NCBI GenBank assembly: GCA_002348615.1
Contig: DEBR01000003.1
Span: 12,268-76,267, forward strand
DNA from: Candidatus Saccharibacteria bacterium UBA2951
GTDB taxonomy: Bacteria > Patescibacteriota > Saccharimonadia > Saccharimonadales > Saccharimonadaceae
Direction: 5' to 3'
Length of the DNA: 64,000 nucleotides
This document shows, piece after piece, positions 16,796-26,109 of the stretch (position 1 is the first letter of the stretch; every line of letters starts with the position of its first letter). A program made the position numbers and the translations under genes. The notes under the pieces were generated by a model. The model was not told the DNA's origin. It saw only the letters and a program-made list of their open reading frames with translations, and did not search any database.

Positions 16796-19628
16796 ATCAG
16801 GCACGCGACGTCGGGCGATCGAATACGAAAAGGATTGGGTGCAGCGCTGGAAAGCTGACCGTACGTTCGAAAAGTCGGTCGAAAACCGTCCGAAAGACAA
16901 TTCCTATGTATTCTACGACGGCCCGCCGTTCATTTCCGGCGTGCCACATCACGGAACTCTGCTGAGTTCTATCGTCAAAGACGCGGTTCCACGCTACCAA
17001 ACCATGAAGGGCAAGCGCGTTGAGCGCGTATGGGGTTGGGATTGCCACGGACTTCCCGCCGAACGTTTTACCGAAAAGAAGCTTGGTATCCACTCGCGCC
17101 AGGAAGTCCTGGAATATGGCATTGAAAAGTACATCAATGCCACCCGCGCCAACATGGTGCAGACCAGCAGCGAATGGGAAGATGTCGTCGACCGTATCGG
17201 CCGCTGGGTCGAATTCAAGGGCGCGTACAAGACCATGGACAAAGATTACATGGAGTCTATTTGGTGGGCGTTCAAGACACTGTACGAAAAGGGCAAGATT
17301 TACGAAGGCGAAAAGGTGCTCATGTACTGCACGCTCGACGGCACGCCGCTTAGTAAAGCCGAAGTCACTATGGACGCCGGCGCTTATCAAGATGTGACCG
17401 AACCAAGCGTGTTCGTGAAGTTCAAGCTCGAGGACGGCCGTAACCTGCTGGCCTGGACCACGACGCCATGGACCCTACCGGCCAACACGGCACTTGCGGT
17501 TAACAAGGGCGTGACGTACGTTGAAGTCGAGCTAGACGGCGAAACATATGTCGTCGCCAAGCCATTGGTTGAAAAGACATTTACCGACGAAAAACATCAG
17601 CCACTCGACTTTAAAGTCGGGAAGTCATTCAAAGGCGAGCAGTTGGTTGGTTTGTCTTACGAACCGCTGTTCGCTGATCGCGGCAAGAATGCTCATAAAG
17701 TCTGGCATGCTGACTATGTAGAAACTGAGGCTGGAACCGGTATCGTCCACCTGGCACCCACCTACGGTGAGGAAGACTTTGAGCTCGCCAAAAAAGAAAA
17801 GTTCCCGGCCGTGCATGTTATCGATGAGAACGGATTCTTCACCGAAGGTGACTGGAAGGGCCACAACGTCTGGGAGATTAACAAGCAAATCGCTAAAGAC
17901 CTGAAAGAGCGCGGCGTCGTTTGGAAGATCGACTACGTCACGCACAGCTACCCGCACTGTCACCGCTGCGGCACCAAGCTGATGTACCGTGCACACCCAA
18001 GTTGGTTCATGGACATCGACGGCCAGCGCGAAAAAATGCTTAAAAAGAACGAGAACATCAATTGGTTTCCAGGTCATGTCAAACACGGTCGCTTCGAAAA
18101 AACCGTCGAGCAGGCTCCGGACTGGAATATCAGCCGTGACCGTTTTTGGGCGACCGCCATGCCGGTATGGAAGACCGAAAGCGGCAAGACGCGCATCGTC
18201 GGCAGCTACGCCGAACTGAAAGAGCTGTCAGGCGTCGAGCTCGACGATTACCACCGCCCATGGATCGACGACGTGAAATTTACCATCGACGGGGAAGAGT
18301 ATACCCGGATCGACAAGGTCATGGACAGCTGGTTCGAAGCCGGCTCCATGCCGTTCGCCCAGTTCCATTACCCGTTTGAAAACAAAGAGAAGTTCGAAGA
18401 AAACTTCCCGGGCGACTTTATCGTCGAATATATCGGCCAGGTCCGCGCTTGGTTCTACTACATGCACGCCATGGCCGTGGCACTGTTCGGTGAAAACTCG
18501 TTCAAGAACGTCATCGTGACAGGAAACGTCGCCGGAAATGACGGCCGCAAAATGAGTAAGAGCTACGGCAACTATACAGACCCCAACGAGCTGATGGATA
18601 AGTTCTCGGCCGATAGCCTTCGGTTCCTGCTGCTTTCAAGCCCGCTCTTAAACGGCGAAGACTTTTCGCTGCAGGACAAAGAAGTCGGCGACGTCGCGCG
18701 TAAGCTCGGCATGATTTGGAACATGTACGACTTCTTTACTATGTACGCCGAAGTCGATGGCTGGGAATTTGATGGTGAGCTGAAAGACCCACTAGAAGAC
18801 GCGACGAATCCGCTCGACATCTGGATTATCAGCCGGGTACACCAGCTGGTTGGTGAAGTCGAAGCACATATGGACAAATACGATATTCCGAACGCGCTCG
18901 ACCCGATACTGCCGTTCCTGGACGATGCTTCAAACTGGTACGTCCGCCGTTCACGCCGCCGATTCTGGAAGAGCGAAGACGACGGTGACAAAGACATGGC
19001 ATATCGCACGCTCCACTACGTGTTGGTCCGCTTAGCGTACGTTCTCGCACCGTTCACACCGTTCCTCGCCGAAGAGCTGTACCAGAACCTGACAGGTGAC
19101 AAAGAATCGATCCACCTGAAGGATTGGCTGCCAAAAGGCCAGATTAACGAGCTGGTCATGAACGATATGGATACGGTTCGAGAATACGTGAACCAAGGCC
19201 TCAGCCTGCGCGCCAAAGCCGGCCTGAAAGTCCGCCAGCCGCTTGCCAGCGTGAGCGTACCGGCACTCGGCGAACATGTCGAATTCGAGCCGATTCTCCG
19301 CGACGAACTGAATGTCAAAGAAGTGAAAGTAAGTGCCGAAGTAGCTATAGACGAGAAACTTACGCCGGAACTCAAACGCGAAGGCCTCATGCGCGAAGTC
19401 ATTCGCCACGTCCAATCGGCCCGAAAAGCCGCCGGTTTGAACGTCGACGACCGCATAGCGTTGTCGCTCAGTTCCGAAGACGACGAACTGGTAAATGCCA
19501 TCAACGAACACGAGCAGACCATCATGGACGAAACGCTTGCCACGCAAATGGTAGAGCATGATCTGTCGTTTGCTCAGTCGGTCAAGGTCGAAGGCAGCGA
19601 CCTGGTCATCTCGCTCGAAAAAGTCTAG
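16785..19628 (+). CDS. ileS: Isoleucine--tRNA ligase (type 2)
   Basis: FYDGPPF, GWDCHGLP, WTTTPWTLP, ISRDRFW, KMSKS and WYVRRSRRRFW; HIGH motif reads HHGT. Confidence 0.97.
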   Translation: MKFKSGTRRRAIEYEKDWVQRWKADRTFEKSVENRPKDNSYVFYDGPPFISGVPHHGTLLSSIVKDAVPRYQTMKGKRVERVWGWDCHGLPAERFTEKKLGIHSRQEVLEYGIEKYINATRANMVQTSSEWEDVVDRIGRWVEFKGAYKTMDKDYMESIWWAFKTLYEKGKIYEGEKVLMYCTLDGTPLSKAEVTMDAGAYQDVTEPSVFVKFKLEDGRNLLAWTTTPWTLPANTALAVNKGVTYVEVELDGETYVVAKPLVEKTFTDEKHQPLDFKVGKSFKGEQLVGLSYEPLFADRGKNAHKVWHADYVETEAGTGIVHLAPTYGEEDFELAKKEKFPAVHVIDENGFFTEGDWKGHNVWEINKQIAKDLKERGVVWKIDYVTHSYPHCHRCGTKLMYRAHPSWFMDIDGQREKMLKKNENINWFPGHVKHGRFEKTVEQAPDWNISRDRFWATAMPVWKTESGKTRIVGSYAELKELSGVELDDYHRPWIDDVKFTIDGEEYTRIDKVMDSWFEAGSMPFAQFHYPFENKEKFEENFPGDFIVEYIGQVRAWFYYMHAMAVALFGENSFKNVIVTGNVAGNDGRKMSKSYGNYTDPNELMDKFSADSLRFLLLSSPLLNGEDFSLQDKEVGDVARKLGMIWNMYDFFTMYAEVDGWEFDGELKDPLEDATNPLDIWIISRVHQLVGEVEAHMDKYDIPNALDPILPFLDDASNWYVRRSRRRFWKSEDDGDKDMAYRTLHYVLVRLAYVLAPFTPFLAEELYQNLTGDKESIHLKDWLPKGQINELVMNDMDTVREYVNQGLSLRAKAGLKVRQPLASVSVPALGEHVEFEPILRDELNVKEVKVSAEVAIDEKLTPELKREGLMREVIRHVQSARKAAGLNVDDRIALSLSSEDDELVNAINEHEQTIMDETLATQMVEHDLSFAQSVKVEGSDLVISLEKV

Positions 19629-19645
19629 CCTGCTACCATAGTTAT

Positions 19646-20392
19646 ATGACAAAAAATAAAAAGCCGGTCATTGGTATCGTGCCTTCTTTTGACGAGGGCA
19701 TAAACATTCCGGCTGGTGGAGACATTAAGCGCATATATCTTCGCGAAGAGTATATGCGACATATTGCCGAAGTCGGCGCGATACCGATTATCGTGCACCC
19801 CAACATGACCATGGACGATATTGTTGCCATGTGTGATGGAGTCGTCATTTCAGGTGGGGGAGACATTGATCCGGAATCGTACGGTCAAAAACCATTACCC
19901 GAAGCCAGTTTTTTTGAAGTCGAACGTAATCATGAAATCTTAAAGACGATTCGGTTCGAAGAACCACGCAGCCGGTTTGAGTGGGAAACGCTACTAATAG
20001 AAGCTTGCGACAAGGCAAAGTTGCCGATTCTTGGCATTTGTTATGGCATGCAGCGTTTGAATGTGCATTATGGCGGTACACTTATCCAGGATATCCCATT
20101 CCAACGTCCCGATAACATCGGTCATGATGTCACCGCACACGACGTCACTCTTACAAGTAAGTTCCTCAGTATGGAAAAAGGTTCATATATCATCGCGTCG
20201 CGCCACCATCAGGCGATTGATATGTTAGCAGACGGGTTTACGGTCGTCGCGACCGCGCCAGATGGCATTATCGAAGCAATGAAGGGGTATGGACACTTCG
20301 GCATGCAGTGGCACCCTGAGTCGGACTCAACTGGTATCCATGTCTACCGCGCATTCGTTGAGCACTGTGTAGCACAGAAAAATGAGAAATAG
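19646..20392 (+). CDS. Gamma-glutamyl-GABA hydrolase family (peptidase C26)
   Basis: SGGGDIDP, LGICYGMQ, SRHHQAI and QWHPE motifs. Confidence 0.92.
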   Translation: MTKNKKPVIGIVPSFDEGINIPAGGDIKRIYLREEYMRHIAEVGAIPIIVHPNMTMDDIVAMCDGVVISGGGDIDPESYGQKPLPEASFFEVERNHEILKTIRFEEPRSRFEWETLLIEACDKAKLPILGICYGMQRLNVHYGGTLIQDIPFQRPDNIGHDVTAHDVTLTSKFLSMEKGSYIIASRHHQAIDMLADGFTVVATAPDGIIEAMKGYGHFGMQWHPESDSTGIHVYRAFVEHCVAQKNEK

Positions 20393-20404
20393 CTGAAAAT
20401 CCTA

Positions 20405-20433
20405 TTGACGCTACGGAACCATAAGCGTATACC
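20405..20433 (+). promoter_or_regulatory. Putative sigma70-type promoter for cassette 2
   Basis: TTGACG-N17-TATACC (last -10 base is non-consensus). Confidence 0.55.
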
Positions 20434-20439
20434 TAAGGT

Positions 20440-20549
20440 AATACTTCGGGTCAAAGACAAACACAACTGAACATGACATGAGGTACGCCCTTTTCTAGGA
20501 ACAGGAAAGAAGAGCGTATCTTGCGAGCGAGGACAACGAGGAGGGAACC
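20440..20549 (+). ncRNA. Structured 5' leader RNA (cassette 2)
   Basis: GAGGUACGC.../...GCGUAUCUU hairpin with G-U pairs on +; motifs shared with 40-260; ends in GAGGAGGG RBS. Confidence 0.55.
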
Positions 20550-20810
20550 ATGACCCTACAGACCCGCGAAGGAGCAATCGATGAGGTGATCTCACAGGTC
20601 AGAACGGCCAACGGCCGGAAGCTGACCCAGCGACTTCGCCCCGACGAGGTACGGTCGTACCTCGGAGACCTCTGCAGCCTGCTGCAGTGCCACTTCCTCG
20701 ACCTTCCCGTCCAGCTGGCGGACATCGCCCTGCGTGACGGAGGAACGTCGAGAGCCGAGCTGGTAGACGAGCTCATCCAGATGCGCGTCCACCCCATGGT
20801 CGCCGCCTGA
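20550..20810 (+). CDS. 86-aa hypothetical protein with high-GC, Actinobacteria-like codon usage
   Basis: Strong RBS; hand count about 64% GC and 69/86 codons G/C-ending; TGA stop; C-terminus VAA. Confidence 0.75.
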   Translation: MTLQTREGAIDEVISQVRTANGRKLTQRLRPDEVRSYLGDLCSLLQCHFLDLPVQLADIALRDGGTSRAELVDELIQMRVHPMVAA

Positions 20811-20859
20811 AAGGAGGCCGCTGCAAGACAACTTCATACTGGCCGCCCCCAGGCCGGCC

Positions 20860-20912
20860 TGTTTCGCCCCAAGGGCCCCTTCTCCGTATGAGTGAGAAGG
20901 GGCCCTGAAACA
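20860..20912 (+). terminator. GC-rich 3' hairpin without U-tract
   Basis: Perfect 13-bp AGGGCCCCTTCTC/GAGAAGGGGCCCT (20872-20906), extendable by TGTTTC/GAAACA. Confidence 0.65.
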
Positions 20913-20979
20913 CGTTTGGGCATATTGACTTTTAATACCGTTTATGCTATTATGAATGTATAAAGGTATAAACAAAAAC

Positions 20980-21183
20980 ATGTCATTATTCCACCACCAA
21001 CTCAGTTTCGCTCCTGTCGACCCAATGGCAGACGGCTTAGGCGACGATATTTCAGCCGAGCAGCGTGAAGAAGAACATTTTGAACTTCAGGAACAACTAG
21101 ATGGACGCTTGGCCGACGAATGGGAAGAAATCCTGAACGATGCCCGTAAAGACCCGGACTTCAACTTTGTCAGTGAAGAGTAA
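20980..21183 (+). CDS. Small acidic hypothetical protein
   Basis: 67 aa from MSLFHH; TTGACT-N17-TATTAT promoter upstream. Confidence 0.7.
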   Translation: MSLFHHQLSFAPVDPMADGLGDDISAEQREEEHFELQEQLDGRLADEWEEILNDARKDPDFNFVSEE

Positions 21184-21221
21184 ACTATACATTGTATAGT
21201 AGATTATGATATTATTCTGAC

Positions 21222-21494
21222 ATGAGCAGAATTATCATCGACACTAGGGAATCATTCGAATATGAATCTAGCCACGTCAAAGGCGCTATTAACATACCGC
21301 CGCAAAAATTCATGCAGCCGAACTTGCCAAAAGAGCTGGAAGCGGTAAGTAAAGATGACGAAATAATCGTTTATTGCCGCAGTGGGCAGCGTTCGAACAC
21401 TGTCGGGCAAATCCTGCGTTCGCATGGATTTACGAACATCGTGAACGGTATTAACGAGCACCATGTCGCCAAAATGCTGAAAGCAGCCGCATGA
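21222..21494 (+). CDS. Rhodanese-like domain protein
   Basis: IIDTRE, HVKGAINIP and YCRSGQRS motifs. Confidence 0.92.
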   Translation: MSRIIIDTRESFEYESSHVKGAINIPPQKFMQPNLPKELEAVSKDDEIIVYCRSGQRSNTVGQILRSHGFTNIVNGINEHHVAKMLKAAA

Positions 21495-21877
21495 CAGAAC
21501 TGACTGATGAGTTGTTTGACCAGCTCATCACAAGGGCGATGGATGAGCTGCCGCAAGAATATATACGCGGTCTGCAGAATGTTGCTATCGTCATGGCAGA
21601 TGAACCCGACGAACAGCAGCGTGAAAAGCTAAAGCTCGGGCATGGCAACTTGCTACTTGGCTTGTACGAAGGCGTGCCCCTTACGCGCCGGACTGGCAAC
21701 GAACCTGGGCTGCTGCCCGACAAAATCACGTTGTTCAAAAACCCGATTCTTATGGTCAGTCGCGACGAAACCGCCCTATTTGAGCAGATAAAGCGGACAT
21801 TATGGCACGAAATTGCCCATTATTACGGTCTCGACCACGATCGGATTGACCACTTGGAACGACGCCCAAAGCCGTAA
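21491..21877 (+). CDS. Zincin-like metallopeptidase (DUF1025 type)
   Basis: LLGLYEGVPL, PDKITLF and HEIAHYYG motifs. Confidence 0.92.
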   Translation: MTELTDELFDQLITRAMDELPQEYIRGLQNVAIVMADEPDEQQREKLKLGHGNLLLGLYEGVPLTRRTGNEPGLLPDKITLFKNPILMVSRDETALFEQIKRTLWHEIAHYYGLDHDRIDHLERRPKP

Positions 21878-21952
21878 AAACGGGCAGGCAGGTAAGCATT
21901 AGCGTATAATAGGGGCAGAGCACTAATCATTTCGATATGAAATAAAGATGGA

Positions 21953-23086
21953 GTGACGGAGCAAATACGGGTGAGGATAGCGCGAGGTAACCACCGAAAG
22001 ACAGCATGGCGATACGCACGAGTATTTGTCATGGTCGCTGTCACGGCAACCGCCTCACTGTGGCTCCACAAATCCCTTGTCCCGACAGTCGCGGCCGAAC
22101 CGGATAAGGTGCCGGCTGAAGAACAGGCGCCTCTGGCCGACCAACAACCGACACAGACCTTACTGCAGACTGGCGAACCGCAGTCCACGACTGCGGCTGA
22201 GACGAAGCCGGCTGATACGATACTGCGATGGACACCGACCGGCGTAGGGGACGTACAGGATATGTATGATATCCGCGTCGCGACCGACCCGACGGTTGAC
22301 CCTGCTAAGGGCGAGCTCACGACAGCTATGGTAAAAACAGTCGACGGGTTAGTTTCGGCAGAATTTGACGCTCGGGACTTACCGGAAGGTGTATATTACT
22401 GGCAAGTTCGGTCGTGTTCGGCCGCGCTGCCATCTGCCTGTCATGATTGGTCGGCGGTCTGGACTTTACGTGTCGACGCGACTGTACCGGTTGCCCCGAC
22501 GGTTGAATTCACGAGTGAGACCTATAGTCAGACGGTTTCGTTCGCGGGTACGGCCGAAGCAGCTACGACGGTAAGTGTCACGGTGGGCGACAAAACATGT
22601 ACGGCAACCGCCGGCGAAAATGGCGCGTGGAGCTGTACGTTCGACGGCGATTTTGAGTACGGCGATTACACCGCGACGGTCCGTACGGCCGATACGGCAA
22701 AAAACGTAAGTCCGGACGTTCTGTTGGACTTCAATGTTAAGGAGCTGTTTGTCGCCCCTGTCATAACGCAGGCAGAGCTTCCGCCGGTACTCGACATCGT
22801 ACCTGTTGACGAAACGCCGGAAAACAAAGTGGAGCAAAAACCCGTTACTGCGGTCATTGACGTCGTAAACACAGGGACTGCCACCGACCAAGATATATCG
22901 ACACCTACCGTCGCCATCAAACCGTTATCGACCGACGGAGGCATTATCCAATCGAGTGAGAACGGATGGCAGATTTTTGGTCTGCCGTGGTTCTTGTGGG
23001 CTGGAAGCGGCGCCGGACTAGCAGGAGCATTCTGGGCCTTTGGCGTGCCGGTTCCGCGCCGCCTGACCGCTATGTTCAGTCTGTAA
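21953..23086 (+). CDS. Surface protein with FN3/bacterial Ig-like domains and C-terminal TM anchor
   Basis: N-terminal hydrophobic helix; YYWQVRS, GTAEA..TVSVTV, GAWS and DTAKNVS Ig-like motifs; C-terminal TM. Start uncertain. Confidence 0.8.
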   Translation: MTEQIRVRIARGNHRKTAWRYARVFVMVAVTATASLWLHKSLVPTVAAEPDKVPAEEQAPLADQQPTQTLLQTGEPQSTTAAETKPADTILRWTPTGVGDVQDMYDIRVATDPTVDPAKGELTTAMVKTVDGLVSAEFDARDLPEGVYYWQVRSCSAALPSACHDWSAVWTLRVDATVPVAPTVEFTSETYSQTVSFAGTAEAATTVSVTVGDKTCTATAGENGAWSCTFDGDFEYGDYTATVRTADTAKNVSPDVLLDFNVKELFVAPVITQAELPPVLDIVPVDETPENKVEQKPVTAVIDVVNTGTATDQDISTPTVAIKPLSTDGGIIQSSENGWQIFGLPWFLWAGSGAGLAGAFWAFGVPVPRRLTAMFSL

Positions 23087-23151
23087 TAACTCCTGAAAAT
23101 ACCGGAATTCCCGTAAGTGCTATACTTGTGATAGCATAACCGGTAAATTTC

Positions 23152-24045
23152 ATGCCTTCGACGAAATATAAAAGTAAAAACAGGGGTATCCACAAAAAAG
23201 CCGCGCGCGGCTTGCTCCATACGCTCATACCTCATAAGGGAAACGGATACCGCCCTCACTTAATCAGACCGCTCGGACTCCTGCTCGTGCTCGCGGCCGT
23301 TTTAGCGCTGCAGTTTCTGGCCATCACCCCGAAAGTCGGTTCGGTCAAAGGCGCCGCGACCGACTTTTCGCGTCAGTCGTTACTAGATGAGACCAACAAA
23401 GTACGGGAAAGCAGCGGCGCCCCACTGTTGAATTTGAATGACAAGCTTAACTCCGCTGCGGGCTTGAAGGCACGCGACATTCTTGTGCGTCAGTATTGGG
23501 CGCACGTCGCACCGGACGGTACGACGCCTTGGTATTGGTTCCGCGAGGTGAACTATCGGTACGACTTTGCCGCCGAAAACTTAGCAAAGGGCTTCCAGAC
23601 ACCGTTGGGAGTCGTAGCTGCGTGGATGGATTTCGAGGAGCATCGGAACAACATGTTAAGCCAAGATTACCAAGATGTAGGGTTTGGCGTGGCCGAAGGT
23701 ACGCTGAACGGCGAACAGACGACCGTCGTAGTGGCGATGTATGGATCGCCCATTGGCGACCCTGTTGTTAGCGGCAGTGAAGTGCTAGCAACGAACGACG
23801 GCAGCATGAACCCGATTACTCGCTTTGGTGTAGGATTGCAGTCACTCGGACCGTTCACGCTTGGATCGATCGCGCTATTGTCACTCACGATCGTCGTCGG
23901 TTTGCTAGCGCATGCATTCCGCGACAAGCTGCCTGCTCCCATGCGAAAGAGCTGGAAACGACACCACGGACTATACACGGCCATTCTTACCGCTGGGTTA
24001 GTAACAGCGATTATTCTGCTGTACGGCGGCGGCCAAATTCTGTAG
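23152..24045 (+). CDS. CAP/SCP domain membrane protein
   Basis: TNKVR, YWAH, AENLA, AWM...HRNNML and DVGFG motifs. Confidence 0.9.
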   Translation: MPSTKYKSKNRGIHKKAARGLLHTLIPHKGNGYRPHLIRPLGLLLVLAAVLALQFLAITPKVGSVKGAATDFSRQSLLDETNKVRESSGAPLLNLNDKLNSAAGLKARDILVRQYWAHVAPDGTTPWYWFREVNYRYDFAAENLAKGFQTPLGVVAAWMDFEEHRNNMLSQDYQDVGFGVAEGTLNGEQTTVVVAMYGSPIGDPVVSGSEVLATNDGSMNPITRFGVGLQSLGPFTLGSIALLSLTIVVGLLAHAFRDKLPAPMRKSWKRHHGLYTAILTAGLVTAIILLYGGGQIL

Positions 24046-24055
24046 ACTTAAGGTC

Positions 24056-24868
24056 ATGAACGTGACCAAAGCGATTATTCCGGTGGCAGGGTGGGGAACC
24101 CGCCGCTTACCGATTACCAAGACGATTGAAAAATGCATGCTGCCGATCGGCAACCGTCCACTTGTCGACTATGTCGTACAGGACTGCCTGAAGGCTGGTA
24201 TTAATGATCTATATTTTGTCGTCGGCGAACAAAGCACACAGCTGCAAGACTACTACCGCTCGAACATCCCACTCAACGATTATTTGCGACGTAATGGCAA
24301 AGAAGACAAGTTGGCACTTATCGCCCCGATTGACGACGTACAGCTGCACTTCATCGTTCAGCCAGGACAGGGTAAGTACGGTACTGCCGTCCCGATAGCA
24401 CTGGCCGCCCCATACGTTGAAGAGGGCGAATCGGTCGTCGTACTCATGGGTGACGATTTTATTTGGAACGAAGACGGCTCAAGCGAAGTCGCGCGTCTTC
24501 TCGAGGCCACACCGGAAGGAAGTTGCGGACTGCTCGCAGCGCGCGTTGACAAGAACGACGTGTCAAAATACGGCGTGATTGAAACGGACGAGCAGGGTAA
24601 TTACGTTAGGATCGTAGACCAGCCGACCCCGGAAGAAGCACCAAGCGACCTGATTAATATCTCGAAATACGTGCTAACAAAAGAGGTAATCGATCTTGCC
24701 CGTGGTCTGCAGCCGGCCCATAACGGCGAGTATCAACTGCCCGACGCTATCAATCAGTACGTTGCAAATGGTGGTAAGGTAAAGGTCGTGCCAGCCCAGG
24801 GTGAATATCTTGACGGCGGATCGGTCGAAGGTTGGCTGCACGCCAACAACGTGGTTGTCGGCAAATAG
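24056..24868 (+). CDS. galU: UTP--glucose-1-phosphate uridylyltransferase-like nucleotidyltransferase
   Basis: KAIIPVAGWGTRRLPITK..EKCMLPI, YGV and GEYQLPDAI motifs. Confidence 0.8.
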   Translation: MNVTKAIIPVAGWGTRRLPITKTIEKCMLPIGNRPLVDYVVQDCLKAGINDLYFVVGEQSTQLQDYYRSNIPLNDYLRRNGKEDKLALIAPIDDVQLHFIVQPGQGKYGTAVPIALAAPYVEEGESVVVLMGDDFIWNEDGSSEVARLLEATPEGSCGLLAARVDKNDVSKYGVIETDEQGNYVRIVDQPTPEEAPSDLINISKYVLTKEVIDLARGLQPAHNGEYQLPDAINQYVANGGKVKVVPAQGEYLDGGSVEGWLHANNVVVGK

Positions 24869-24945
24869 CATACGGAGCGGCCCTTGAATAAGCGGCTCAC
24901 ATCTGTTAAAATACTCTAAGTTCAGTAAATAAAACGAAGGAAATC

Positions 24946-25254
24946 ATGAAAGCAGTCGTGAAAGTCGGTGGCAAGCAGTATGTTGTTGCCGAAAAAGAGA
25001 CCCTCCTGGTGGACCGCCTCCCGGATGGAACCAAAGAGCTCACACTCGACGCTATGTTGGTAATCGACGGTGACAAGACTACCGTAGGAACACCACTAGT
25101 AAAGGGCGTGGCCGTTAAAGCCAAGGTTGTAGACGAAGAAGTAAAGGGCGACAAGCTCCGCATCATCCGCTACAAAGCCAAAAAGCGCGTCCACAAAGAA
25201 ATGGGCCACCGGCAAAAGTACAGCCGGATCCAAGTAGCCTCAATCGGCAAATAA
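24946..25254 (+). CDS. rplU: 50S ribosomal protein L21
   Basis: AVVKVGGKQY and GHRQKY motifs. Confidence 0.96.
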   Translation: MKAVVKVGGKQYVVAEKETLLVDRLPDGTKELTLDAMLVIDGDKTTVGTPLVKGVAVKAKVVDEEVKGDKLRIIRYKAKKRVHKEMGHRQKYSRIQVASIGK

Positions 25255-25255
25255 C

Positions 25256-25287
25256 AAAAATCCCCGCCAGATAAAGCGGGGATTTTT
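25256..25287 (+). terminator. Intrinsic terminator after rplU
   Basis: AAAAATCCCCGC-loop-GCGGGGATTTTT. Confidence 0.85.
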
Positions 25288-25337
25288 CATTGCCGCTCAT
25301 GCTACAATATAGCTAGTCATGAGGGGAAAATAGACAG

Positions 25338-26108
25338 ATGCCGACAGTCATCGCGGTCACGAATCAAAAGGGTGGAGTAGGCAAGACGACGAGTGCCGTC
25401 AATATTGCGTTTTACCTTGCCAAGAACGGCAAAAAGACTCTGTTAATCGACTTTGATCCGCAAGGTAACGCGACGAGCGGCCTAGGTATCGACAAACAGG
25501 AACTCGAGACAGGCACTATGAGCGATGTCATGCTTGAAACCAAAACGCTACAAGAAGTCATTTTGAAGACATCGGTTAAGGGACTGTTCTTGGCGCCTGC
25601 CACCCCGTACCTGGCGAACACCGAAGCGGAACTGGCCGGAGCAAGCCGCCGGTTCAGCCGGCTAAAAAACGCCATTGGCACCACGGGTGAAACGTACGAC
25701 TATGTGATTATAGATAGCCCGCCGTCGCTGAGCCTTCTGACGGTGAACGGCTTGATCGCGGCTCGCTATGTGCTGCTCCCTGTACAGGCGGAATTCTATG
25801 CCTTAGAAGGCTTAGGACAACTACTTGAAACCATGAAGCTGGTACGAAAGAACATGAATCCGACGCTCGATCTTATTGGAGTGTTGCCAACCATGGTGGA
25901 CGGCCGTACCACGCTTTCGGGCCAAGTGCACGAAGAGATCAAAAAGCACTTCCCGGGCAAGGTGTTTAAGACGGTCATTCCGCGCAATATCCGGCTAGCT
26001 GAAGCTCCAAGCCACGGGGTACCAATCGGGGCATACGACCGTTTTTCTAAAGGTGCGAGGGCGTATAAATCCGTTACCAAAGAACTGATTGAAAGGGCAG
26101 GGGCATAG
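25338..26108 (+). CDS. parA: Chromosome partitioning ATPase ParA/Soj
   Basis: NQKGGVGKTT, DFDPQGNA, DSPPSL and IPRNIRLAEAPSHG motifs. Confidence 0.95.
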   Translation: MPTVIAVTNQKGGVGKTTSAVNIAFYLAKNGKKTLLIDFDPQGNATSGLGIDKQELETGTMSDVMLETKTLQEVILKTSVKGLFLAPATPYLANTEAELAGASRRFSRLKNAIGTTGETYDYVIIDSPPSLSLLTVNGLIAARYVLLPVQAEFYALEGLGQLLETMKLVRKNMNPTLDLIGVLPTMVDGRTTLSGQVHEEIKKHFPGKVFKTVIPRNIRLAEAPSHGVPIGAYDRFSKGARAYKSVTKELIERAGA

Positions 26109-26109
26109 T

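Noticed and set aside
20440..20912. tmRNA, suggested by an ORF ending in AA-stop and flanking structure
   Set aside because: No GGGG 5' acceptor end, T-arm or CCA-type 3' end; the ORF has its own RBS and ATG.
20495..20981. - strand ORFs 20495-20797 and 20592-20981
   Set aside because: Shadows of the high-GC + strand gene; no RBS and Ser/Arg-rich or implausible composition.
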